A model generated the notes under the pieces. It ran no database searches, was not told where the DNA came from, and worked only from the letters and a program-made list of their open reading frames with translations. Positions 21,123-30,314 of a stretch of DNA of 64,000 bases are shown one piece after another; position 1 is the first letter of the stretch; the number at the start of each line of letters is the position of its first letter. Position numbers and translations under genes: made by a program. Origin of the DNA: Clostridia bacterium (GTDB taxonomy: Bacteria > Bacillota > Clostridia > TANB77 > CAG-465); the NCBI GenBank assembly GCA_028684095.1, contig JAQUGQ010000004.1:4937-68936 (forward strand), read 5' to 3'.

Positions 21123-21151
21123 TTGACAAAAAAATGTATATAAAATATAAT
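21123..21151 (+). promoter_or_regulatory. Sigma-A promoter of paralogue 1 (TTGACA-17-TATAAT)
   Basis: TTGACA at 21123-21128 and TATAAT at 21146-21151. Confidence 0.6.
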
Positions 21152-21215
21152 AGACCTGTTAGTTAATTTATATTGTAATTAGCATAGTTTTTTAAAAAAA
21201 ATGGGGGTATTTTAA

Positions 21216-22526
21216 GTGAAAAGTAAAAAAGGTATATCATTAATTGTATTAGTAATAACAATAATAGTTATAATAATACTAGCAGGAGCAGTAATATTAA
21301 GCTTAGCAACTAATAATCCAATAGAATCAGCAAATGAAGCAACGTTTAAAACAAATGTAGCGGAATATAATTCAGAACTTGCAATAGCTATAGCAAATGA
21401 ATATTTACAAAACAGTTCTTTTGATTCAGCTACATTTGATGCAGGAGTATGGGATGGTACTGGAACTGGAACTGGAACAATAAAACAATATATAACAAGT
21501 ATACCTGAAGTAGATGCAGCAAAATTTGAAATACAATCTAGTAAGTTAGTTTATGTAGGAACAAATGTAACAGAACAAAACTGGGTTACAAGTATGGGTA
21601 TGGTAAATGGAGAAGTAACACCTCCAGAAGAAACAGGACTTGGATTAAATGTAATAGCAACAGATAATGTAACATTTGATGGAGAAGTAGCAGCACATAA
21701 CAATCCAATAATACCAAAAGGATTTATGGCAATAAATACTACTACAACATGGCCAACAGACTGGAATAATGGATTAGTAATAGAAGATGCAAGTGGAAAT
21801 CAATTTGTATGGGTACCAGTAGATGGAACAAATGTGCCATATGCAAAGTGGTGTACAACTAATATATCATATGCATCAACAACAGATGATAGTATACTAT
21901 TAGGTACTGTAGATGAAAATACACAAGTAACAAGTTATGGAGGATTCTATATAGCAAGATATGAATCAATGTTTGACTATAACTCAGGTAGTATAAGAGT
22001 AGCAAGTAAAAAGAGTACAAATAAGACAAGTTTTACAGATTGGTCATCAATAAGAAATGCAACATATAACGGATATTTATGGAACTATATAAATTATACA
22101 GATTCAAAATTATATGCAGAAAATATGGCAGCAAGCTATAGTTATGATGTATTAAAAGTTAAAAGTGGACTTGTAACAGGAACTGAGTGGGATACAGTAA
22201 TGAAATGGATACAAAATGCAAGCATAAGTGTAACAGATAGTAGAACATGGGGTAATCATAGTAATTCAACATCCCCAGCAGATATATCTGGATATTTTGA
22301 TTTACAAATATCTGGATTTAGTGAATATTGGAAAGTAAAAAACATATATGATTTAGCGGGAAATACATGGGAATGGACAAATGAAATCTATAGCTCATAC
22401 CGTGTCAATCGCGGAGGTAGCTACAACTCTAGTGGTAGTACTGGTCCAGTTGCTTATCGTTTCAACAACGTTGTTACTTTAGCTTACAGCGACAGAGGTT
22501 TCCGCACAGTGCTTTATATCCTGTAA
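21216..22526 (+). CDS. Pseudopilin-like N-terminal anchor fused to an FGE-sulfatase/SUMF1 (C-type-lectin fold) domain, paralogue 1
   Basis: A GTG start follows the SD ggggg. The N-terminus (KKGISLIVLVITIIVIIILAGAVILS) resembles the prepilin KG(F/I)(S/T)L(I/V)E... segment. FGE-domain motifs are present: YIARYE, LVTGTEWD, YDLAGNTWEWTNE, RVNRGGSY and RGFR. Confidence 0.8.
   Translation: MKSKKGISLIVLVITIIVIIILAGAVILSLATNNPIESANEATFKTNVAEYNSELAIAIANEYLQNSSFDSATFDAGVWDGTGTGTGTIKQYITSIPEVDAAKFEIQSSKLVYVGTNVTEQNWVTSMGMVNGEVTPPEETGLGLNVIATDNVTFDGEVAAHNNPIIPKGFMAINTTTTWPTDWNNGLVIEDASGNQFVWVPVDGTNVPYAKWCTTNISYASTTDDSILLGTVDENTQVTSYGGFYIARYESMFDYNSGSIRVASKKSTNKTSFTDWSSIRNATYNGYLWNYINYTDSKLYAENMAASYSYDVLKVKSGLVTGTEWDTVMKWIQNASISVTDSRTWGNHSNSTSPADISGYFDLQISGFSEYWKVKNIYDLAGNTWEWTNEIYSSYRVNRGGSYNSSGSTGPVAYRFNNVVTLAYSDRGFRTVLYIL
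22392..22526 (+). other. Variable-region-like 3' end of paralogue 1
   Basis: The composition switches to A-poor, GC-richer codons (cgc, agc, ttc, ctg). This segment is hypervariable relative to paralogue 2, whereas the 57 nt just before it are nearly identical. Confidence 0.5.
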
Positions 22527-22931
22527 CTACTTTGCACTGAAACTAGATTAAAAAAGGTACAATATGGATTAAAAAAAATACAAATAAATATGTTAAGAGA
22601 TAAAATAAGTTTTCTATCTTGCTTAAAAAGGGTATATTTTATTATGCTTTAGATAAAAATGCATTAGTTGTGGAAAATATTGTAAGTAGGATAAAAATAT
22701 GTTTTTCTATAAATGTGTGTAAGGTTGAATTTTCTCTTAATAGTTTAGAAAAATAAAAGAAGAAACTGAAACTAATAGAGTATTTAATTAACAATAAAAA
22801 AATTAAAATCTATGAAGTTAAAAAATATTTAAATGGATATATAGGTTATATGTGACATTTAATAATTAATACTATATAAATTTACAATTTATGTTGATAT
22901 AACTATATTATAACAATTTTTTGAAAATATA

Positions 22932-22959
22932 TTGACAAAAAAAATATATATAATATAAT
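22932..22959 (+). promoter_or_regulatory. Sigma-A promoter of paralogue 2
   Basis: TTGACA at 22932-22937 and TATAAT at 22954-22959, with a 16-nt spacer. Confidence 0.55.
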
Positions 22960-23025
22960 TTAATTGTTAGTTAATTTATATTGTAATTAGCATAGTTTTT
23001 TAAAAGAAAAATGGGGGTATTTTAA

Positions 23026-24312
23026 GTGAAAAGTAAAAAAGGTATATCATTAATAGTATTAGTAATAACAATAATAGTTATAATAATACTAGCAGGAGCA
23101 GTAATATTAAGCTTAGCAACTAATAATCCAATAGAATCAGCAAATGAAGCATTATTTAAAACAAATGTAGATGCATATAATTCAGAGCTTACTCTGGCTA
23201 TATCCAATCAACATTTACAGGATCAATCATTTGATCCAACTACATTTGATAAAGGGGTATGGAATGGTGGAACTATAGGAGAAACAATAAAAAAATATAT
23301 ACCAAGTATAACAGTAGCAGATGGATTAAAATTTGAAATACAAGATAGTAAGTTGGTATATGTAGGAACAAATGAAACAGAACAAGACTGGTTTACAAGT
23401 ATGAGTATGACAAGTGAAGAAGAAACAGGACTTGGATTAGATGTAATAGCAACGGATAATGTAACATTTGATGGAGAGGCAGCTGCATATAATAATCCGA
23501 TAATACCGAAAGGATTTATGGCAATAGAAGATGGAGCAGTATGGCCAACAGATTGGAATGAAGGACTAGTAATAGAAGATGCAAGTGGAAACCAATTTGT
23601 ATGGGTACCAGTAGATGGAACAAATGTATCATATGCAAAGTGGTGTACAATAGGATTCTCTTATGCAAGTACAACAGATGATAGTATACTATCAGGTACG
23701 GTAGATGAAAATACACAAGTAACAAATTATGGTGGCTTTTATATAGCAAGATATGAATCAATGTTTGACTATAACTCAGGAAGTATAAGAGTAGCAAGTA
23801 AAGTTAGTACAAATAAAACAATTTCAAGTTGGACAAGAGATAATTCAAATACAGGATATTTATGGAACTATATAGATTATACAGATGCAAAAACATATTC
23901 AGAAAATATGGGAGCAAGCTATAGTTATGATGCATCAAAAGTTAAAAGTGGACTTGTAACAGGAACACAGTGGGATACTGCAATGAGATGGATTAGTAAT
24001 AATTCAGGACCAAGTGTAACAGATAGTAGAACATGGGGTAATCACTATGATTCAACATCCCCAGCAAATGTATCTGGATTTGGAAGTTTACAAATATCAG
24101 GATTTAATAATAATTGGAAAGCTAAAAATATATATGATTTAGCAGGAAATACATGGGAATGGACAAATGAAATCTATAACTCTGTCCGTGTCAGTCGCGG
24201 AGGCAGCTGCAACGATAGTGGTAGTACTTACCCAGCTGCTTTTCGTTACGACGTAGTTGCTACTAGTACCAACTACCACATAGGTTTCCGTGTAGGGCTT
24301 TATGTATTGTAG
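23026..24312 (+). CDS. Pseudopilin-like anchor fused to an FGE-sulfatase/C-type-lectin-fold domain, paralogue 2
   Basis: Same architecture as 21216-22526, with YIARYE, LVTGTQWD, YDLAGNTWEWTNE, RVSRGGSC and IGFR motifs. Confidence 0.8.
   Translation: MKSKKGISLIVLVITIIVIIILAGAVILSLATNNPIESANEALFKTNVDAYNSELTLAISNQHLQDQSFDPTTFDKGVWNGGTIGETIKKYIPSITVADGLKFEIQDSKLVYVGTNETEQDWFTSMSMTSEEETGLGLDVIATDNVTFDGEAAAYNNPIIPKGFMAIEDGAVWPTDWNEGLVIEDASGNQFVWVPVDGTNVSYAKWCTIGFSYASTTDDSILSGTVDENTQVTNYGGFYIARYESMFDYNSGSIRVASKVSTNKTISSWTRDNSNTGYLWNYIDYTDAKTYSENMGASYSYDASKVKSGLVTGTQWDTAMRWISNNSGPSVTDSRTWGNHYDSTSPANVSGFGSLQISGFNNNWKAKNIYDLAGNTWEWTNEIYNSVRVSRGGSCNDSGSTYPAAFRYDVVATSTNYHIGFRVGLYVL
24178..24312 (+). other. 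Variable-region-like 3' end of paralogue 2
   Basis: The counterpart of 22392-22526, with the same compositional switch. Confidence 0.5.
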
Positions 24313-24532
24313 CTATTTTCCACTGAAATTACATTAGAAAAGGCACAAAATGGATTATAAAAAATAAATATGTAAGAGATAAGATAAATTAACAATTGGA
24401 CGGGTTTTAAAATTAGAATAGTTTTTTAGCATGGTGGAAAACTTGAAATGTAGATAATTAATACTACATAAGTTTTCTAGGCTCATTGTCAATAGTTGGG
24501 TTATAAATTATTAAAAATTGATTAGAGTAACA

Positions 24533-24574
24533 ACAAAAATGGAAGTGATATTTATTACTTTCATTTTTGTTTTC
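24533..24574 (+). terminator. Terminator-like hairpin downstream of paralogue 2
   Basis: A 14-bp stem (acaaaaatggaagt / actttcatttttgt, one G-U pair) with a 10-nt loop and a TTTT tail. Confidence 0.55.
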
Positions 24575-24752
24575 GATAGATTAATAATATACGAGAGTTA
24601 TATTGTTTTTTGAAAAAAGATATGACATTTGGTATATTCATTTGTAATTTTAATGTGTATATCTAATTAAATGCATTATTTTTACACATTTTATTATATC
24701 TTTTATTGCATAAATATGCTATATATGATATAATTTAACCGGGTGAATACAG

Positions 24753-26003
24753 ATGAATATATCAAGAGCAAAGGGAACTAAAGACATATTTTTTGATGAT
24801 ATGAAAATATGGCAATATGTAGAAGAAAACATTAAGGAAATATGTATAAAACATAATATAGATCAAATAAGAACACCAATATTTGAAGATACAACTCTTT
24901 TTTCAAGAAGTGTTGGAGATGAAACAGATATCGTAAATAAAGAAATGTATACTTTTTTAGATAAGGGTAATCGAAGTATTACTTTAAGACCAGAGCTTAC
25001 AGCAGGTGTTGTTAGAGCATATATAGAAAATGGATTTTCTAGTATGTTAACTCCTATAAAGTTATGGTATATTGGAACTATGTATAGATATGAGAAAATG
25101 CAAAAAGGTAGATATAGAGAATTTAGCCAATTTGGAATCGAAGTATTTGGCTCTGATTCATATTTAGCTGACATTGAAGTTATATCTGTAGCTTATGAAT
25201 TATTTAAAAAATTAAGGATATCAGATAAAATAGCTTTGAAAATCAACTCTATTGGTTGTAGCAAGTGTAGGGCTAAATATATAGATACTTTAAAAGAATA
25301 TTTAGTTGATAAAATAGATAATATGTGTGATGATTGTAAAATAAGATATGTTAAAAATCCTATGAGAATAATAGATTGTAAACAAGATAAATGTAAAAGT
25401 GCAAAACAGAACTTACCTATGATTACAGATTATTTGTGTGATGATTGTAGTAAAGATTTTGAAAGTTTGAAACAAACTTTATTTGACGTAGGAATTGAAT
25501 ATGAAATAGATAAAACAATTGTAAGAGGATTAGATTATTATAATAAAACAGTATTTGAATTTATATCTAAGGATTTAGGACTTGCTGTAGGTGGTGGAGG
25601 AAGATATGATACTTTAGTTGAAGTATTAGGTGGAACTCATACACCTGCTATTGGTTTTGGACTTGGCATGGACAGAATTATATTACTTTTAAAAGAATAT
25701 GAATTAGTTAAAAATAATAGAAATGTTGATATATATTTTATAATATTTGATAGTAATATTTTTCCTAAAGTATTCAAATTAACAAATGATTTAAGAGATT
25801 TAGGTTATATTATAGATATAGATATTTGTAATAGGAGTTTTAATGCACAGCTAAAATATGCTAGTAAAATAAAAGCTAGATACATCTGTATTATAGGTGA
25901 AGATGAATTAAAGGAAAATTTATGTGGATTAAAAAATATGAATACATCAGAGCAAATAAAAGTTGATATGTCAGCTGAAGAAATAGGTAATATTTTAAAA
26001 TAA
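24753..26003 (+). CDS. hisS: Histidyl-tRNA synthetase
   Basis: Contains RGTKD-like ISRAKGTKD, LRPELTAGVVRAY, YRYEKMQKGRYREF and GGGGRYD motifs. Confidence 0.95.
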   Translation: MNISRAKGTKDIFFDDMKIWQYVEENIKEICIKHNIDQIRTPIFEDTTLFSRSVGDETDIVNKEMYTFLDKGNRSITLRPELTAGVVRAYIENGFSSMLTPIKLWYIGTMYRYEKMQKGRYREFSQFGIEVFGSDSYLADIEVISVAYELFKKLRISDKIALKINSIGCSKCRAKYIDTLKEYLVDKIDNMCDDCKIRYVKNPMRIIDCKQDKCKSAKQNLPMITDYLCDDCSKDFESLKQTLFDVGIEYEIDKTIVRGLDYYNKTVFEFISKDLGLAVGGGGRYDTLVEVLGGTHTPAIGFGLGMDRIILLLKEYELVKNNRNVDIYFIIFDSNIFPKVFKLTNDLRDLGYIIDIDICNRSFNAQLKYASKIKARYICIIGEDELKENLCGLKNMNTSEQIKVDMSAEEIGNILK

Positions 26004-26027
26004 TTATAGAAAAAGGATGTAAAGAAT

Positions 26028-27788
26028 ATGAATAGATATAGAACACATACATGTAATGAATTAGGATTAGAAGATGAAGGTAAAAAAGTAAAATTAGCAG
26101 GATTTATTAGAACTATAAGGGATTTAGGTGGATTTGTATTTATAGATCTTAAAGATCATTATGGAATTACACAAATTACAACACAAGATGTAAAAATATT
26201 GGAACAGATAAAAAAATTAAATCTAGAATCTACTATTAGTGTAACTGGTAAAGTTGTTAAAAGACCTATTGAAAATGTAAATAATAAAATTGAAACTGGA
26301 AAAGTTGAACTTGTTATAGATACATTAGAAATTTTAAATAATGTTGTAAATTTATTACCATTTGAAATTGAAAAAAGTAGAGAAGTTAGGGAAGACTTAA
26401 GATTAGAATATAGATTTCTAGATCTTAGAAATGATACTGTTCATAAAAAAATAGTATTTAGAAGTCAAGTTCTTAAAACATTAAGAGATAAAATGGATAT
26501 TATGGGATTTATAGAAATACAAACTCCAATACTTACTTCATCATCTCCAGAAGGAGCTCGTGACTTTTTAATTCCTAGTAGAATACATCCAGGTGAATTT
26601 TATGCACTTCCTCAAGCACCACAACAATTCAAACAATTACTTATGATTTCAGGTTTTGATAAATACTATCAAATAGCTCCGTGTTTTAGAGATGAAGATC
26701 CTAGAGCTGATAGATCTCCAGGTGAATTTTATCAACTTGACTTTGAAATGTCATTTGCAGAAGAAGAAGATGTACTAAAAGTACTAGAAGAAGTAATAGG
26801 ATATACTTTTAGTACACTTACAAGTAGTAAAATATCTGAAACTCCATTTGTAAGAATACCATATAGAGAATCTATAGATAAATACGGAAGTGATAAGCCT
26901 GATTTAAGAAATCCTTTGGTTTTGTCAGATTTAACAGAGGTATTTAGTAATACAGATTTTAACGTATTCAAAAATAAAACAATAAAGTGTATTGCAGTAG
27001 ATACTACGACAGTTACTAGAAAATTCTTTGATGAAATGGTTAAATGTGCTAAAGAAGAATTAGGTTTAGGTGGACTAGCATGGATAAAAATAAATGAAGA
27101 TGGAACAATTGCTGGAAGTATAGCCAAATATATAACAGAAGACATACTTACAAAAATTAAAAATATAACAAATGCTAAAGAAGGATATGGATTGTTTTTC
27201 TTAGCTGGTGAATATGAAAAAGTTTGCAGGGAAACTGGAAATGTACGTATAGAATTAGGTAAAAGATTGAACTTAATTGATGATGATATATACAAATTTT
27301 GTTTTGTAATAGATTTTCCTATGTATGAAATAGATGATGATGGAAAAATAGAATTTGCACATAATCCATTTTCTATGCCAAAAGGAGGGTTGGAATCTTT
27401 AGAAAATGTGAAGCCTTTAGATATTTTAGCTCACCAATATGACTTAGTATGTAATGGATATGAAATAGCTTCAGGAGCAGTTAGAAATCACAATACTGAT
27501 GTTATGCTTAAAGCTTTTAAAATAGCTGGATATACAAAAGAACATGTTGAAAATAAATTTGGTGCGTTATTTAATGCATTCAAATATGGTGCTCCACCAC
27601 ATGCAGGAGCAGCTCCTGGTATAGACAGAATAGTAATGTTACTTTGTAAAGAAACAAGTATTCGTGAGGTTATTGCATTTCCTAAAAATAGTAAAGCTAG
27701 AGATTTATTAATGCAAGCACCAAATTTTGTAAATGATCAGCAACTTAAAGATGTTCATATTGAAATTAAAAAAGAGAAAAAAGTTTAA
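26028..27788 (+). CDS. aspS: Aspartyl-tRNA synthetase
   Basis: Contains RTHTCNEL, FRDEDPRADRSPGEFYQLD and GAPPHAGAAPGIDR motifs; 586 aa. Confidence 0.95.
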   Translation: MNRYRTHTCNELGLEDEGKKVKLAGFIRTIRDLGGFVFIDLKDHYGITQITTQDVKILEQIKKLNLESTISVTGKVVKRPIENVNNKIETGKVELVIDTLEILNNVVNLLPFEIEKSREVREDLRLEYRFLDLRNDTVHKKIVFRSQVLKTLRDKMDIMGFIEIQTPILTSSSPEGARDFLIPSRIHPGEFYALPQAPQQFKQLLMISGFDKYYQIAPCFRDEDPRADRSPGEFYQLDFEMSFAEEEDVLKVLEEVIGYTFSTLTSSKISETPFVRIPYRESIDKYGSDKPDLRNPLVLSDLTEVFSNTDFNVFKNKTIKCIAVDTTTVTRKFFDEMVKCAKEELGLGGLAWIKINEDGTIAGSIAKYITEDILTKIKNITNAKEGYGLFFLAGEYEKVCRETGNVRIELGKRLNLIDDDIYKFCFVIDFPMYEIDDDGKIEFAHNPFSMPKGGLESLENVKPLDILAHQYDLVCNGYEIASGAVRNHNTDVMLKAFKIAGYTKEHVENKFGALFNAFKYGAPPHAGAAPGIDRIVMLLCKETSIREVIAFPKNSKARDLLMQAPNFVNDQQLKDVHIEIKKEKKV

Positions 27789-27814
27789 TAAAATATAGAG
27801 ATAAGAGGTAAAAT

Positions 27815-28777
27815 ATGAAAATATCAATACTTGGAACTGGAGCATATGGTATTGCACTAGCAACAGTTTTACATGCAAATAATAACAAGGTGAATATGTG
27901 GACAAAGTATAATGAAGAAGTAGATTCATTATTACTAAGTAGAGAAAGTAAAAGATTATTACCAGGAGTTATTATACAAAAAAACATAATAATTTCTACT
28001 GATTTGAAAAAAAATTTAAGAGGATCTAATGTTATAGTTATGGCTGTACCTATGAATGCTGTAAGAGAAGTTTCAAAGGAATTAGCTAAGTATATAAAAG
28101 AAGATCAAATAATATGTATTGTAACTAAGGGTATAGAAGTAGGTACTGGAAAAAGAATGTCTGAGGTTGTGTATGAAGAAACATGTAGTAACAATATATG
28201 TATGTTGTCTGGACCTTCCTTTGCAATTGAACTTGCAAATAATAATCAACTTGGACTTGTAGCCGCAAGCAATAATCTGGATTTATGTTATACAATAAAG
28301 AAAGTATTTGAAAATGATAATATAACAATATCTGTAACAGAAGATATTGCAGGTATTGAAATATGTTCAAGTGCAAAAAATACATTTGCGATTATTATGG
28401 GAATGTTAGAAGAAAAAAGTGATTCAACTAAAGCAACTATGCTTACAATATTACTAAATGATTTAAGATTAATATGTGAAGTACTAGGTGGAAAAGCAAA
28501 TTCAATATTTACATATGCAGGAATAGGTGATTTTTTACTTACTTGTATGAATATTAAAAGTAGAAATTATACATTTGGCACTTTGATTGCAAAAGGAAAC
28601 ACTAAAGAAAAAGCATTTGAAATTATGGGACTTACTACAATTGAAGGTATATATTCATTAAATTCTATATATGATATGCTAAAAGATAAAAAGATTGAAA
28701 TAAAATCAATAGACATATTATATAACATACTATATAATGATGGATTAAAAGAAGATATATTAAAATGCTTGAAATAA
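27815..28777 (+). CDS. gpsA: NAD(P)H-dependent glycerol-3-phosphate dehydrogenase
   Basis: An N-terminal Rossmann fold (KISILGTGAYG), with GPSFA and KNTFAI motifs. Confidence 0.85.
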   Translation: MKISILGTGAYGIALATVLHANNNKVNMWTKYNEEVDSLLLSRESKRLLPGVIIQKNIIISTDLKKNLRGSNVIVMAVPMNAVREVSKELAKYIKEDQIICIVTKGIEVGTGKRMSEVVYEETCSNNICMLSGPSFAIELANNNQLGLVAASNNLDLCYTIKKVFENDNITISVTEDIAGIEICSSAKNTFAIIMGMLEEKSDSTKATMLTILLNDLRLICEVLGGKANSIFTYAGIGDFLLTCMNIKSRNYTFGTLIAKGNTKEKAFEIMGLTTIEGIYSLNSIYDMLKDKKIEIKSIDILYNILYNDGLKEDILKCLK

Positions 28778-28792
28778 CAGGAGGAAGATATA

Positions 28793-29419
28793 GTGAAACT
28801 AATTGTTGATGACAATAAATTAGATAATATTAAAAGAAAAGCAATAGAGAACTATGTTCCAATACTTCAAGATGATTCTTTAAAATTAATAGAAGTTATC
28901 TTGCATATGATAAAACCTAAAAAGATATTAGAAATAGGAACAGCAGTTGGATATTCAGCAGCTATATTTGCTAAATATTTAGAAATTGATGAAAACAATA
29001 AAGAAGGTAGCTATATAAAAACAATTGAGCGAAATGAAAAAAGATTTAAAGAGGCGACTGAAAATATATTTACTTTGAATTTAACTGAATATATTATACC
29101 TGTTTTTGCAGATGCCACTGAATATTTAACTAATTTAAAAGAAGATGATACATATGATGTTATATTTATTGATGCTGCAAAAGGGCAATACATGGTTTTC
29201 TTAAATGAAGCAAAGAGGCTAATTAAATCAGGTGGTGTTATAATTGCTGATAATGTACTGTTTAAAGGTAGAGTACTTGGTGGGTATAATGAACATAGAC
29301 ATAGAACAGCTGTTACAAGATTACGTGAATATATAGATAATATAAATGATGACAAAACGTTGGATTCAATTTTACTTAATGTAGGTGATGGTGTAGCAAT
29401 TAGTATTGTAAATAAATAA
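28793..29419 (+). CDS. Class I SAM-dependent O-methyltransferase (YrrM / caffeoyl-CoA OMT-like)
   Basis: Contains the SAM-binding motif ILEIGTAVGYS and DVIFIDAAKGQY. The start is a GTG after the SD aggagga. Confidence 0.75.
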   Translation: MKLIVDDNKLDNIKRKAIENYVPILQDDSLKLIEVILHMIKPKKILEIGTAVGYSAAIFAKYLEIDENNKEGSYIKTIERNEKRFKEATENIFTLNLTEYIIPVFADATEYLTNLKEDDTYDVIFIDAAKGQYMVFLNEAKRLIKSGGVIIADNVLFKGRVLGGYNEHRHRTAVTRLREYIDNINDDKTLDSILLNVGDGVAISIVNK

Positions 29420-29433
29420 TTAGGAGGTATTAT

Positions 29434-29853
29434 ATGAAATATTTAAAGAGTGAAAATAAATATATAGTTAGAATAGATAAAGGTGAAGAAGTTGTATACC
29501 AAATACAAAAAATATGTATTGAAAATAATATTACAGCCGGTTCTATAAGTGGTTTGGGGGGTACGAATAGAGTTGTAGTTGGTTTATTAAATACAACCAA
29601 TAACGATTATATATCTAAACAATTTGTTGGTAATTTTGAAATAACTTCTTTGATTGGTAATATATCTAAAATGAATGATGAAGTATATTTACATATTAAT
29701 ATAGCAATATCAGATGAAAATATGAATTTAAATGGAGGACATTTAAATCAATGTTATATAAGCTCTACTTGTGAAGTTATAATTGATGCAATAGATTTAG
29801 ATGTAAATAGAAAATATAATGAAGGAATTGGATTAAACTTGTATGAAATATAA
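29434..29853 (+). CDS. PPC/DUF296-domain protein
   Basis: The pattern (GEEVVYQIQKICIENNITAGSISGLGG...YLHINIAISDE...GGHL) is typical of the PPC (DUF296) fold. Confidence 0.7.
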   Translation: MKYLKSENKYIVRIDKGEEVVYQIQKICIENNITAGSISGLGGTNRVVVGLLNTTNNDYISKQFVGNFEITSLIGNISKMNDEVYLHINIAISDENMNLNGGHLNQCYISSTCEVIIDAIDLDVNRKYNEGIGLNLYEI

Positions 29854-29865
29854 TATATAAAATTA

Positions 29866-29897
29866 AAACGACTTGGAAAATTTTCCAAGTCATTTTA
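29866..29897. terminator. Bidirectional terminator
   Basis: A perfect palindrome (gacttggaaaa / ttttccaagtc) flanked by A and T runs. Confidence 0.7.
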
Positions 29898-29900
29898 ATT

Positions 29901-30314
29901 TTATGATCTTACTATAATCCATGATAAATGTTTGTTATTCTGAGTTATTATTATTCGAATGCCATCGGCATAATGAATCTTGTCCCAAAAATGATTAATA
30001 ATCTCATCACCAGAGAGTATAGCCATATAGCTTTCTACTTTTCCGTTGCTTGCAGCTAATATTTTGACATGTAGTTCTATACAAATATTAGCATAGTATC
30101 CTATACTATCACGTATATATTCCTTCCATATACCTTCAATTATAGATGTAGGAGTGAACCTACTAAGTGGAGTTGCATTTTTTGCAACAGTTATCCGAAC
30201 ATTGTAATCCTCATCAGTCATTAGTAAACTAACAGTTTTTTGACAATTTTTTTTTAGCATGTCAAATTCCTCCTCATTTTTCGTAGGCATTGCCTCCGAA
30301 TTCTCGGATAGCAT
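29901..30314 (-). CDS. Hypothetical protein; the true start is probably the internal Met at 30260
   Basis: No motif recognised. The SD gaggagga lies 7 nt before the third Met (MLKKNCQ...). GC content is visibly higher than in the neighbours. Confidence 0.5.
   Translation of the reverse strand: MLSENSEAMPTKNEEEFDMLKKNCQKTVSLLMTDEDYNVRITVAKNATPLSRFTPTSIIEGIWKEYIRDSIGYYANICIELHVKILAASNGKVESYMAILSGDEIINHFWDKIHYADGIRIIITQNNKHLSWIIVRS

Larger units (their letters stand above)
21121..24385 (+). repeat. Tandem duplication of a whole transcription unit, about 1.5 kb each (approx 21121-22615 and 22930-24385)
   Basis: Promoter, about 65 nt of 5' leader, the first ~130 nt of the CDS and about 90 nt of 3' flank align between the two copies. 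The leaders are almost identical (gttagttaatttatattgtaattagcatagtttttt...atgggggtattttaaGTG). Confidence 0.85.

Noticed and set aside
22527-23025. A possible DGR template repeat, small ORFs or invertible-promoter inverted repeats in the spacer between the two lectin-fold paralogues.
   Set aside because: No segment resembles the 3' variable-like regions. The only ATG-led frames are under 10 codons, and I found no long inverted repeats flanking the promoter.
24313-24752. A possible T-box leader upstream of hisS-aspS.
   Set aside because: I could not find the conserved T-box sequence (..GGGTGGTACCGCG..) or a specifier-loop arrangement. The only GGGTG here is the hisS SD. The hairpin at 24533-24574 fits better as the terminator of the upstream gene.
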